Shown here one piece after another: positions 1-8,926 of a stretch of 64,000 nt of DNA. The position numbers were made by a program, and so were the translations under genes. The stretch spans positions 240,236-304,235 of the forward strand of contig CP066685.1 in NCBI GenBank assembly GCA_016432345.1, written 5' to 3'. The stretch's first letter is position 1. Each line of letters begins with the position of its first letter. The notes under the pieces were generated by a model. It was not told where the DNA came from, made no database searches, and was given only the letters and a program-made list of their open reading frames with translations. The DNA is from Candidatus Levyibacteriota bacterium (lineage in GTDB: Bacteria > Patescibacteriota > Microgenomatia > Levybacterales > UBA12049).

Positions 1-226
1 TCTTGAATTGAAAAACAAGGGAATTGTTCAAGATATTATTGATAGTATAATTCAGAATAATGACTTGGAACAGGCGAAAAAATTGGTAGTAAAGAAGATA
101 GAGAAATACCAAGAATTACCAAAAAACAAGCTCTACCAAAAATTAGGATCATTTTTGGCTCGACGTGGTTTTAGTTGGGAGACGATAAAAGAGTCCATTG
201 ACGAAGTCGTTAATAAAGAGGTATAA
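1..226 (+). CDS. recX: RecX-family regulatory protein, C-terminal fragment (5' end outside window)
   Basis: The frame is open to the window edge. The C-terminal helical repeat ...KLYQKLGSFLARRGFSWETIKESIDEV resembles RecX C-termini. Confidence 0.5.
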   Translation, partial: LELKNKGIVQDIIDSIIQNNDLEQAKKLVVKKIEKYQELPKNKLYQKLGSFLARRGFSWETIKESIDEVVNKEV

Positions 227-315
227 TTTGTTTATGACAAAGAGGACGCCTGTAAAAACATCTTCTTTTGTAAAGTAATCCACGTTTAAAGCGGCTTCCT
301 CTTATTGTCCAAAAT

Positions 316-1563
316 ATGTCTCAACAGCAAGATATTATTACGCTTGAAAAAAAGCTAATCGACAAAGAGGAAAAACTGGAGGTATTAAAACAAGAACTTC
401 AAGATCTAAAAGAAGAGTATATTGAAAAGCTTGAAGACGCTGCGGGGTTAACTTCTGAAGAAGCAAAAAAAGCTTTACTTTCGGAAATCGAACAAAAAGA
501 AACTCAAACTATTGCCCGTATTATTAAAGAGCGTGAAGAAGAAGCAAGACTTACCGCAGATAAAAAAGCCCAGGAAATTTTGGTTGATAGCATGCGCCAC
601 GGCGCTCTTGATTATATTGCCGAATATACAGTTTCGGTGGTTAAGGTTGAAGAAGAAGATGTAAAAGGAAGAATTATTGGCAAAGAAGGCCGCAATATTC
701 GGGCCTTTGAGCAGGCGACAGGCGTGGATGTTAATTTAGATGAAGAAGGAATTATTAAACTTTCTTCATTTGATCAGGTTCGCCGTGAAATTGCCAGACG
801 GGCTTTAGAAAAACTGGTTAAAGATACTAGAATTCAGCCATTTAGAATTGAGGAAATTGTTGAGCAATCTAAAAAAGAAGTCGAAAAAATTATGCTTGAA
901 GAAGGCGAAAAACTTTCTCACGAAGCAGGGGTATATAATCTATCTGTTGAACTTCTTTCTGTTTTGGGCAGATTCAAATTCCGCACCTCCTACGGGCAAA
1001 ATCTGGTCGTGCATACGCTTGAGGAAACAAAAATTGGTATACATATCGCTCAAGAAGTTGGCGCGGATGCAAATATTGTAAGACTTGGATGTCTTTTCCA
1101 CGATATTGGTAAAGTTGTTAAAGGTGAAGGTAGCCATGTTAAATTAGGAGTTGATCTGTTAAAGCGTTTTAACGTGCCAGAAGCGGTTGTTAATTGTGTG
1201 GCAGAGCATCATGAGGATAAGCCGTTTTCATCGCTGGAGTCGGTAATTGTACATATTGCAGATGCTATTTCCGGCGCCAGGCCGGGCGCTCGATATGAGG
1301 ATTACGAAAATTATGTCAAACGGCTTTCCGATATGGAAAATATTGCCAAAAGATACGAAGGCGTTGAAGACGCCTATGCATTTGAAGCAGGACGAGAACT
1401 TCGGGTAATTATTAATCCCGGCAAACTCGATGATGCGCAGACAGTGTTGATTGCTAATAAAATTAGGGAAGAAGCAACCAAGTCCTTAGCAGTGCCAGGA
1501 GAAATAAAAGTAACAGCCATTCGTGAATTCCGCGCTGTTTCTCCCGAACAATCTGCTGTTTAG
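316..1563 (+). CDS. rny: Ribonuclease Y (KH + HD domains), lacking the usual N-terminal membrane anchor
   Basis: Coiled-coil N-terminus, KH motif GKEGRNIRAFEQATGVDV, and HD domain LFHDIGK...AEHHEDKP. Upstream in-frame stops exclude a TM extension. Confidence 0.9.
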   Translation: MSQQQDIITLEKKLIDKEEKLEVLKQELQDLKEEYIEKLEDAAGLTSEEAKKALLSEIEQKETQTIARIIKEREEEARLTADKKAQEILVDSMRHGALDYIAEYTVSVVKVEEEDVKGRIIGKEGRNIRAFEQATGVDVNLDEEGIIKLSSFDQVRREIARRALEKLVKDTRIQPFRIEEIVEQSKKEVEKIMLEEGEKLSHEAGVYNLSVELLSVLGRFKFRTSYGQNLVVHTLEETKIGIHIAQEVGADANIVRLGCLFHDIGKVVKGEGSHVKLGVDLLKRFNVPEAVVNCVAEHHEDKPFSSLESVIVHIADAISGARPGARYEDYENYVKRLSDMENIAKRYEGVEDAYAFEAGRELRVIINPGKLDDAQTVLIANKIREEATKSLAVPGEIKVTAIREFRAVSPEQSAV

Positions 1564-1574
1564 CATTTACCATC

Positions 1575-1604
1575 TTGACAAAGTGTTTGTTTTCATTGTA
1601 TTGT
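1575..1604 (+). promoter_or_regulatory. Candidate sigma70-type promoter for hup
   Basis: TTGACA at 1575-1580, an 18-nt spacer, then TATTGT at 1599-1604. It sits about 50 nt upstream of the hup GTG start. Confidence 0.35.
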
Positions 1605-1652
1605 TGAGCTAAATTAATCTGCATGTATTTTTAATCTTCTGCCCGGAGGGGG

Positions 1653-1934
1653 GTGAAGAAGTTGACAAAAAAAGACTTAATAGAATTAGTAGCAAAAAAA
1701 GCAAATCTTACCAATAAGGCCGCGCGAGATTCTGTAGCTGCTTTTTTAAATGCAATTCGTGATTCATTAAAACGCGGAGAAAAAGTGGTCATAACAGGAT
1801 TTGGCACATTTTCGGTGAGAAACCGCGCGACTCGGCCAGGACGAAATCCTAAAACTGGAGAAAAAATAACCATCCAAGCTCGAAAAGCTCCTGGATTCAC
1901 ACCAGGAAAAACACTTAAAAAAGTGGTAAGATAA
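1653..1934 (+). CDS. hup: HU family DNA-binding protein
   Basis: GTG start preceded by GGAGGGGGG. The full-length match to the HU/IHF fold includes GFGTFSVRNRATRPGRNPKTGEKITI (the beta-arm with RNPxTG). Confidence 0.92.
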   Translation: MKKLTKKDLIELVAKKANLTNKAARDSVAAFLNAIRDSLKRGEKVVITGFGTFSVRNRATRPGRNPKTGEKITIQARKAPGFTPGKTLKKVVR

Positions 1935-1950
1935 ATTCACACAATATAAA

Positions 1951-1989
1951 AAGAAGCTTCCTAAGTTAATTAGGTGGCTTCTTTTGGTA
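1951..1989 (+). terminator. Rho-independent terminator after hup
   Basis: Stem AAGAAGC..CCTAA / TTAGG..GCTTCTT (1951-1983) followed by a TTTT run. Confidence 0.7.
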
Positions 1990-1993
1990 TAAT
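1985..1993 (+). promoter_or_regulatory. Extended -10 promoter element (TGGTATAAT) for the ABC-2 transporter operon
   Basis: Exact TGnTATAAT consensus at 1985-1993. The predicted TSS is near 2000, and the operon ATG is at 2076. Confidence 0.5.
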
Positions 1994-1999
1994 TAAATC

Positions 2000-2072
2000 A
2001 GCGTTTAGTTAATAGCGTCTAGCGTTTAGTTTTTTTCGTAACTATACGCTAATTTGCTAGACGCTAAACGCT
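2000..2072 (+). promoter_or_regulatory. Cluster of GCGTTTAG/GCGTCTAG boxes forming a long imperfect inverted repeat in the transporter leader
   Basis: AGCGTTTAG(2000-08)..GCGTCTAGC(2015-23) is complementary to GCTAGACGCTAAACGCT (2056-72). An extra GCGTTTAG lies at 2022-29. The 3' arm ends 3 nt before the ATG. Confidence 0.5.
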
Positions 2073-2075
2073 TTT

Positions 2076-3044
2076 ATGATTATTTCTGTTTCTCATCTTT
2101 CAAAATATTATCAGGTTTATAAAAAAGAACCTGGATTATGGAGGTCTGTTTCTTCTTTTTTTGCCAGAAAATACGAAACAATAAAAGCAGTAGAAGATAT
2201 ATCATTTTCTATTACCGAAGGAGAGTTAGTTGGTTTTATTGGTCCAAACGGCGCTGGTAAAACAACCACGCTTAAATGTTTGTCCGGGCTTTTGTATCCA
2301 ACACATGGAAGTATATCGGTTTTAGGATTTACACCCTACGAGAGAAAATATGCCTATCTTAAACAAATGTCCCTAGTTATGGGACAGAAGAATCAGTTGT
2401 GGTGGGATTTGCCAGTGATTGAAAGTATTGAGTTGTATAAAGAAATCTACAATGTTTCTGATAATGAATATAAAAAATCACTTTTGGAATTAACAGAACT
2501 TTTGGAAGTTAAAGATTTGCTGCGAGTGCAAGTAAAAAAATTATCGCTGGGGGAGCGAATGAAATGTGAACTTTTGGCAGCGCTTATTCATCGGCCAAAA
2601 GTTTTATTTTTGGACGAACCAACAATTGGTTTAGACGTTGTTATGCAAAAAAAATTGCGGGAGTTTATTAAAGAATATAACAAGCGATATAAAGCAACAA
2701 TTATGCTAACCAGTCATTACATGAGAGATGTAGAGGCATTGTGTAAGCGAGTAATAATTATTAATCATGGGAAAATGCTATACGATGGAGAGCTTTTAGA
2801 ACTTATTAAAAAACATGCTCCATATAAATTGATTAAAGTTATTTTAAAAGAATCAATTAACATTAAGAGAATAGAGCAATTGGGAGAAGTATTACATTTT
2901 TCTTATCCGGAATTTATTTTACGGGTAGATCATAAAAAAATGGGGCAAGCTGCCACCAAAATTTTGGAAGAATTTCCGGTAGAGGATGTAACGATAGAAG
3001 ATCCAGATATGGAGTATGTTATTAGGGGCATGTTTACAAAATAA
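2076..3044 (+). CDS. ABC transporter ATP-binding protein (ABC-2 type, uncharacterised substrate)
   Basis: Walker A GPNGAGKTT, signature LSLGERMK, Walker B LFLDEPT. It is followed by two ABC-2 permease genes. Confidence 0.88.
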   Translation: MIISVSHLSKYYQVYKKEPGLWRSVSSFFARKYETIKAVEDISFSITEGELVGFIGPNGAGKTTTLKCLSGLLYPTHGSISVLGFTPYERKYAYLKQMSLVMGQKNQLWWDLPVIESIELYKEIYNVSDNEYKKSLLELTELLEVKDLLRVQVKKLSLGERMKCELLAALIHRPKVLFLDEPTIGLDVVMQKKLREFIKEYNKRYKATIMLTSHYMRDVEALCKRVIIINHGKMLYDGELLELIKKHAPYKLIKVILKESINIKRIEQLGEVLHFSYPEFILRVDHKKMGQAATKILEEFPVEDVTIEDPDMEYVIRGMFTK

Positions 3045-3045
3045 A

Positions 3046-3840
3046 ATGAGAAAATATTTTTTAGTTATCACAAATACATGGAACGAAATACTGACTTATC
3101 GGCTTAGTTTTATTTTATGGAGACTGCGGACAGTTTTACAGCTTTTAACAATATACTTTCTTTGGTCATCTTTAATACCGCATCAAAAAACACTTTTTGG
3201 CTACTCGCAGTCGCTAATGCTTACCTATGTTATTGGGACTTCATTTATTAGCTCGATTGTTCTTTCGACCAGAACTCACGAAATTGGAGAAAATATAAAC
3301 AGCGGAAATTTATCTGCCTTTTTGGCAAGACCAATCGGATATTTTGGTTATTGGTTTGCGCGGGATATGGGAGATAAATTAGGAAATATTACGTTTTCTC
3401 TTATTGAGCTAGCTTTTTTATTTTTTCTTATTAATCCTCCTTTATTTTTCCAAACAGATGTTATATATTTGTTATTTTTTATTACCACTATTTTTTTAGG
3501 GATTATATTACATTTTTGCATTGGATCGCTTCTTGGTATGATCGGTTTTTGGAGTCCCGAAGTATGGGCGCCAAGATTTATTTTTTTTATCTTAATTGGT
3601 TTTTTTGCCGGTTCTTTATTTCCTTTAGATATATTTCCAAAACCAATATTTAATTTATTGCAATTTATGCCATTTTCTTACCTATTGTTTTTCCCATTAA
3701 AAATATATCTTGGTCAATTATCTGTGCCGCAAATAATGCAAGGAATAAGTATTTCGCTTGTATGGATTATTTTTTTGTCTGGTTGTCTTTATTTTGTTTG
3801 GAGAAAAGGACTTAAAATGTATACGGCATATGGAAATTAA
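3046..3840 (+). CDS. ABC-2 family transporter permease
   Basis: Multi-TM hydrophobic protein. The likely start is MRKYFLV (ATG 3046), 2 nt after the ATPase stop. Operon context supports the call. Confidence 0.7.
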   Translation: MRKYFLVITNTWNEILTYRLSFILWRLRTVLQLLTIYFLWSSLIPHQKTLFGYSQSLMLTYVIGTSFISSIVLSTRTHEIGENINSGNLSAFLARPIGYFGYWFARDMGDKLGNITFSLIELAFLFFLINPPLFFQTDVIYLLFFITTIFLGIILHFCIGSLLGMIGFWSPEVWAPRFIFFILIGFFAGSLFPLDIFPKPIFNLLQFMPFSYLLFFPLKIYLGQLSVPQIMQGISISLVWIIFLSGCLYFVWRKGLKMYTAYGN

Positions 3841-4618
3841 AAGATATTTTAGATTGTGGTTATTATTTACCCGCTTAACTACAATGGTAGCGTTTCAATC
3901 TCGGTTTGGGGCGATCGTATTTTTATTTGGTAAACTTTTGCGTTTTTTATTTTTTTTATTGTTTATTGTTGTTTTGGTGTCTAAAACACAAACACTGGTT
4001 GGTTATTCTATTTGGCAAATTGTTTTTTTCTTTGCCACATTTAACTTGATTGACACAATACCACAGCTTCTTTGGCGAGAAGTGTACAGATTTAGGAGTT
4101 ATGTGGTAAGTGGATTTTTTGATTATATTATTACCAAGCCAATTTCACCTCTTTTTCGAAGTCTTTTTGGCGGAAGTGATATACTTGATATCGTCATGCT
4201 TATTATTTCTTTTATTTTTATTTTTTTCTCCGCAGCAAAGTTAGAAATACTTACTCTTATGGGAATAATTAGTTTTTGCGCGCTTGTTTTAAATGCGATG
4301 GTTATATCGCTTGCATTGCATATTTTTGTACTTTCAATTGGTATTCTGACAACAGAAATTGATAATGCTATTATGTTGTATCGGGACTTAACGCAAATGG
4401 GGCGGTTGCCAATTGATGTATATGCACAACCCCTAAGAGGGTTTTTGACATTTATTATACCGGTTGGAATTATGATTACCTTTCCGGCAAAAGCTATCAT
4501 GGGTTTGTTATCTTGGCAGATGTTGATTTTTTCTTTTGCAGCTGGTTTGACATTTTTTATTTTGAGTCTTTTTTGCTGGAATTTTGCTCTTAAACACTAT
4601 GCAAGCGTTAGTAGTTAA
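3830..4618 (+). CDS. ABC-2 family transporter permease (second subunit)
   Basis: Multi-TM protein. The likely start is MEIKRYFRL (ATG 3830), overlapping the previous stop by 11 nt. Confidence 0.7.
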   Translation: MEIKRYFRLWLLFTRLTTMVAFQSRFGAIVFLFGKLLRFLFFLLFIVVLVSKTQTLVGYSIWQIVFFFATFNLIDTIPQLLWREVYRFRSYVVSGFFDYIITKPISPLFRSLFGGSDILDIVMLIISFIFIFFSAAKLEILTLMGIISFCALVLNAMVISLALHIFVLSIGILTTEIDNAIMLYRDLTQMGRLPIDVYAQPLRGFLTFIIPVGIMITFPAKAIMGLLSWQMLIFSFAAGLTFFILSLFCWNFALKHYASVSS

Positions 4619-4636
4619 ACTTGCTATAATAGAGTT

Positions 4637-5677
4637 ATGACTATCAGGTTACGTACGGCATTTTTTATTGTTTTAGGTATTTTACTGTTGTGGTTTTTGT
4701 ATCTGGAGAGAGAAATTCTTACTCCCTTTGTTTTAGCGGGCATTTTTGCTTATGTTTTTAATCCAATTGTTAACTTTCTTTCTCATAAAATACGACTGCC
4801 AAGAATTTTGTCTATTATTATTATTTATGCCATTATTATTGGCTGCATTGTTACAATTGCGATTGCCTTAACAAGCCGAGTATTAGAAGAATCTTCGCAG
4901 TTAACAGGTTATGTGCACGATGTAACCATACAAATTGAAGAGCAAATCAAGACCCTTCCTGATTGGATTGCGCCTGCAGCAAAAGATGCGCTTATTTCTA
5001 TTCGAAAATCAATGCTTTTTTCTCCAGAATACCTGCTTACTCTTTTCCCTCAAGCCATATCCAGAATTGTTAGTTTTATTCTGTTTCTTTTTTCCGGATT
5101 CTTTTTCTTAAAAGAAGGCGCGGGTATGTTTGAAAAGGCATTAACTTTTGTTCCTAACGATTACAAAATCGAGGTAGAAATACTTTTTCGAAGAATAAAT
5201 GCAGTCCTTAACGGGTATTTACGCGGACAAATTTTTATGGTGTTTTTGGTTTCTTTAATATTGTTTATTGCGCTTTCTGTTTTGGGTGTTAAGTTTGCCC
5301 TTATTTTGGCCATATTCTCGGGCATTGCCGAAATTGTGCCGATTGTTGGCCCAATTGTCGCAACATCAATAGCGGCGCTTATTACTTTTTTTAGCGGGAC
5401 AGGGAATTTTGCATTTTCTCCATTACAGGGAGCAATTGTTGTGGTTATTGTCTATACTGTTACCAGGCAATTGCAGGATTATTTTGTTATACCCTATATT
5501 TTAGGAAGAATAACAAAATTACACCCTTTGGTTATTTTATTTTCTGTTCTTGCGGGAGAACATTTGATAGGGCCGCTTGGTCTTATACTTGCGGTTCCAA
5601 TCGCAGCCACACTTAAAATACTGCTTGAGTATTCTATAGATAAGGTAAACGACCGAGCGAGTATTAAAAAATCCTAG
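4637..5677 (+). CDS. AI-2E family transporter (PerM/UPF0118)
   Basis: About 8 TM helices, with family-typical FVLAGIFAYVFNPIVNFL and C-terminal LAVPIAATLKILLEY motifs. Confidence 0.8.
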   Translation: MTIRLRTAFFIVLGILLLWFLYLEREILTPFVLAGIFAYVFNPIVNFLSHKIRLPRILSIIIIYAIIIGCIVTIAIALTSRVLEESSQLTGYVHDVTIQIEEQIKTLPDWIAPAAKDALISIRKSMLFSPEYLLTLFPQAISRIVSFILFLFSGFFFLKEGAGMFEKALTFVPNDYKIEVEILFRRINAVLNGYLRGQIFMVFLVSLILFIALSVLGVKFALILAIFSGIAEIVPIVGPIVATSIAALITFFSGTGNFAFSPLQGAIVVVIVYTVTRQLQDYFVIPYILGRITKLHPLVILFSVLAGEHLIGPLGLILAVPIAATLKILLEYSIDKVNDRASIKKS

Positions 5678-5990
5678 GAAGTGAGTAAGCCAGATTTTGT
5701 TTTTATCGCAATCTATCTATGCCCTCAAACTTTGATGCTCCCGTAAAGCAGGTAATAACGCACCATTCGGAGGTTGCAGCAGGTAGGATTGCCCGTTTCA
5801 CTCCCACTCGTCTCTGTTGCTCTCAAGTTTTGTTAGTTCAAAACCTGCTCTACACTCCAACACGTGGGTAAAAAGTGTAGAGACCGGCTATTGCTAGCCA
5901 GAGCTTACGCCCTGTCCCCGGCTTTACACCTGTCTGGACTTTCCTGTGTATTCATGAATCTGAACACACTAGCGATTCTTCTTCCTAGGA
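5672..5990 (-). ncRNA. rnpB: RNase P RNA (bacterial type A-like, compact)
   Basis: Read on the minus strand: P4 5' motif GGAAAGUCC (plus 5936-44), CAACAGAGA, UAGAUAGAUUGC, and 3' ACAAAAUCUGGCUUAC (plus 5685-5700). The P1 stem is UCCUAGGAAG / CUUCCUAGGA (5981-90 with 5672-81). Confidence 0.9.
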
Positions 5991-5998
5991 TTAACTAA

Positions 5999-8896
5999 TT
6001 ATAGCACATGACAGAGCATTTTGTATTCGCAGTTTTGGCAGAAGATTGATTTACTGCAGGCAAAGCTGCTTGTTTCTATTTCTTCTAATTTGGTAAAAAT
6101 AAGTTCTTTTGCTTTTTCTAAATCTTCACGAGTCCTTTGTGTTGTTATTTTTTTTCCTTCTTCAATATAATCGAGTGTCAACAGCACATCTTCTGGATTT
6201 CTGTTAAATAGCGCATCGTTAACATTCATGGCAGCTAAGGCATACATGGTTAATTGCAGATTGGCAGCAAGATCGTTTTCTTTTGGCATATTACTGCCGG
6301 TTTTGTAATCGATAATTTCAATTTTATTTCCTTCAATTTTGTCAACTCTGTCTATTCTTCCGCCAATCTTAATAACTCTTTTTCGATTTAAATCTTTTAG
6401 AAAAAACTGAAAAGAAACCTCAACGCCAAGTGGAGATATGTTGGTTGTTGGATTATTTTCTAAGTAATTTGTAAGAACATATTTTGCTTTTTCAAATGCT
6501 TTATTGTGGTGTTGTTTATTTGCATACCCTTCATTAATCCAGTGTTTTTCTAAAAACCCAATAATTTCTTTTTTGTCCGGTTTTCTTCCCTGAATTAATT
6601 CTTGATAAAAATCTCTTAGCGCTGAGTGAATACTTGTGCCAAAGCTTAACGCCGCCGTTGGTTCTGATGGAATTTTTAAAATATATCTTAATTTGTAATG
6701 TAAAGGACATATATCAAAACACTGCAGTTGCGAGAAAGAGAGATAAGTTATAGGGATAACATCAAGACTTTTAATTTTTGCTGTTTCTTTTTGACTTGTT
6801 TTTTCTGCCCATTCTAACAATGATTCTTGAACAGCAGTTTTTTCTAATTTTACTTTTGCAAGTTTTTTTACAACATACGATTCTCCGAGTGTTTCATAAA
6901 CGAATGGAGAAATCTTCCGTTCGCGTTTTCCTTCGCCATAGTATTTTGCGCCAGTTAAAAAAAGGATGTCTTGGGCCCTGGTCATGCCAACATAAAAAAG
7001 CCGTCGTTCTTCTTGAAGGTGATAATCTCCCACAGGTAAGATTTCTTTTATGAGTTCTTGAGGAATGGGAATCTGCTCTTTACGTTCTCTTGTTGGGAAG
7101 CGTTGGTTTACCAGATTTACTAAAAAAACAATTGGAAACTCAAGACCCTTACTGGAATGGATAGTTAAAATGTTTACTGCATTGTTATCTGCCCAGTCGG
7201 TATTAGAAGATAGCGGACTCTCCCCCATTTGCATAGAAAGATCAATCCAATCAATAACTGCAAATACGCTTGCGTCTTCGTGTTCGACCTCGTACGTTTT
7301 TAGCTTATCAAAAAATTTGGCAATATTTTTTGCTCTCCTTTCTTCTATTTCATTTTTAGTTTGTAAAAGCTGCGGTAGGATTTTTGAGTCTTGAAGAAAA
7401 TAGTAGAGGATTTGTCCCGCAGTATCTTTTGACAGTCTTCCTAAATGTTGCTTTATCATAGCAACTATTTTTTTTAATATCTCTTTTGATTCTTCTGTAA
7501 GATTTGTTTCATCTGCTTTTTCTAGTGCTTCAAAAAGCGTTAAGTTTTTTTTCTTAGCAAAAATAAGAACTGCGGCGATATCTCGTGGTTCAATCTTAAA
7601 TATAGTCATGTTGAGGATGCGGTATAAAGAAGCTGTGTCTTCAAAGTTATATAGTACTTTTAGATAGGCAATTAGATCCTTAATTTCTTCTTGGTGAAAC
7701 AGTTGTCCGGGACCTAAAAATTGGTATGGAATGTGGGCTCGTTCAAAACTGCGGACAAAGGATTGGGCGTGGTCGTTGGCCCTAACCAAAATAGCAATAT
7801 CGTTGTAATGATAATCGGCGACAAGTTCTTTTATTTCTTTAGCAACCTGTTCTGCTTCATCCTCTACTCTTTCTGTAAATATCAGCTTAATTGGTTCTCC
7901 TTTGATGTTTCGTACAGATGTTAGTTTTTTGTCTACTTTTTCTTTTACCTCCAGCCTGTCTGGGTTGTTCTGCTGGATAAGTAAATATGATTTATTAAGA
8001 ATTTCCTGTGTAGATCGGTAATTTTCTGTTAGTGTGATAACTTTGCATTTTGGAAACTGCTTTCGAAACTGAATAATGTTGGATATTGCCGCCCCCCGCC
8101 ATCTGTAAATTGCTTGGTCATCGTCTCCGACAACTGTAATATTTTTTCTTTCTCCGGCTAAAAGAATAGCGAGTTGATTTTGAGCGAAATTTGTATCTTG
8201 AAATTCGTCAACAAGGATATATTTAAATTGTTCTTGATATATTTTAAGGATGTTATTTCTGGTTCTAAAAAGTTTTAGGGTATTGGCAATAAGGTCAGAA
8301 AAGTCCATCATGCTTTCTTTAGTTTTTAATTCTTCATATGCTTGGTAAGCATATGCCAACTCCAAGTTTTTTTTTACCTCGTCGCCGTTTTGACTTTGAG
8401 CCCAACTTAGGTATTCATTGGGCGATACGTCTTCATCTTTTAGTCTGGAAAAATGCTGCAGCATTCCTTCTAAAAACTTATGGGGATTACCCAAAGGCCG
8501 AAAGTAATCAAGACTAAATTGAAAAAGATGTTTTCGAAGAAAAAGAATTGCCTCTGTTTCTGTAATAAGCGTATAGTTGGGATTAAGGCCAATATTTATT
8601 GCTTCACTTCTCAAAATCCGATCACAGAAGGCGTGGAATGTGGCAATCCACATCTGCGTATAACCATATGGCATTACCACATCAATTCTCTCTTCCATTT
8701 CGCGGCTTGCTTTTTCGGTGAATGTAAGAGCTAAAATGTTTGATGGATGAATATTCTTTTCAAGAATGAGGTATTTAATACGTTCTGTTATAACTGTTGT
8801 TTTGCCGCTTCCTGCGCCCGCAATAATAAGCAATGGTCCTTCTCCATATTTTACTGCTAAAAGCTGCTTTTTATTGAGGATTCGTCCGTTGACCAT
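5999..8896 (-). CDS. UvrD/PcrA-type SF1 helicase fused to a C-terminal PD-(D/E)xK (AddB/Cas4-like) nuclease with a Cys cluster
   Basis: Walker A GAGSGKTT, DEFQDTN and TIHSSKGLEF motifs. The C-terminus has IDRVD...IIDYKTG, QLTMYALA and CSKSIFCQNCEYKMLC. Confidence 0.85.
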   Translation of the reverse strand: MVNGRILNKKQLLAVKYGEGPLLIIAGAGSGKTTVITERIKYLILEKNIHPSNILALTFTEKASREMEERIDVVMPYGYTQMWIATFHAFCDRILRSEAINIGLNPNYTLITETEAILFLRKHLFQFSLDYFRPLGNPHKFLEGMLQHFSRLKDEDVSPNEYLSWAQSQNGDEVKKNLELAYAYQAYEELKTKESMMDFSDLIANTLKLFRTRNNILKIYQEQFKYILVDEFQDTNFAQNQLAILLAGERKNITVVGDDDQAIYRWRGAAISNIIQFRKQFPKCKVITLTENYRSTQEILNKSYLLIQQNNPDRLEVKEKVDKKLTSVRNIKGEPIKLIFTERVEDEAEQVAKEIKELVADYHYNDIAILVRANDHAQSFVRSFERAHIPYQFLGPGQLFHQEEIKDLIAYLKVLYNFEDTASLYRILNMTIFKIEPRDIAAVLIFAKKKNLTLFEALEKADETNLTEESKEILKKIVAMIKQHLGRLSKDTAGQILYYFLQDSKILPQLLQTKNEIEERRAKNIAKFFDKLKTYEVEHEDASVFAVIDWIDLSMQMGESPLSSNTDWADNNAVNILTIHSSKGLEFPIVFLVNLVNQRFPTRERKEQIPIPQELIKEILPVGDYHLQEERRLFYVGMTRAQDILFLTGAKYYGEGKRERKISPFVYETLGESYVVKKLAKVKLEKTAVQESLLEWAEKTSQKETAKIKSLDVIPITYLSFSQLQCFDICPLHYKLRYILKIPSEPTAALSFGTSIHSALRDFYQELIQGRKPDKKEIIGFLEKHWINEGYANKQHHNKAFEKAKYVLTNYLENNPTTNISPLGVEVSFQFFLKDLNRKRVIKIGGRIDRVDKIEGNKIEIIDYKTGSNMPKENDLAANLQLTMYALAAMNVNDALFNRNPEDVLLTLDYIEEGKKITTQRTREDLEKAKELIFTKLEEIETSSFACSKSIFCQNCEYKMLCHVL

Positions 8897-8926
8897 GCAG
8901 TTATTTTACCACAAGTAATTTTTTTC

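Noticed and set aside
226-315. Possible structured element or tRNA in the recX-rny spacer (AAGAGGA...TCCTCTT arms)
   Set aside because: Only a 7-bp AT/GA-rich complementarity separated by about 50 nt. There is no cloverleaf or terminator features.
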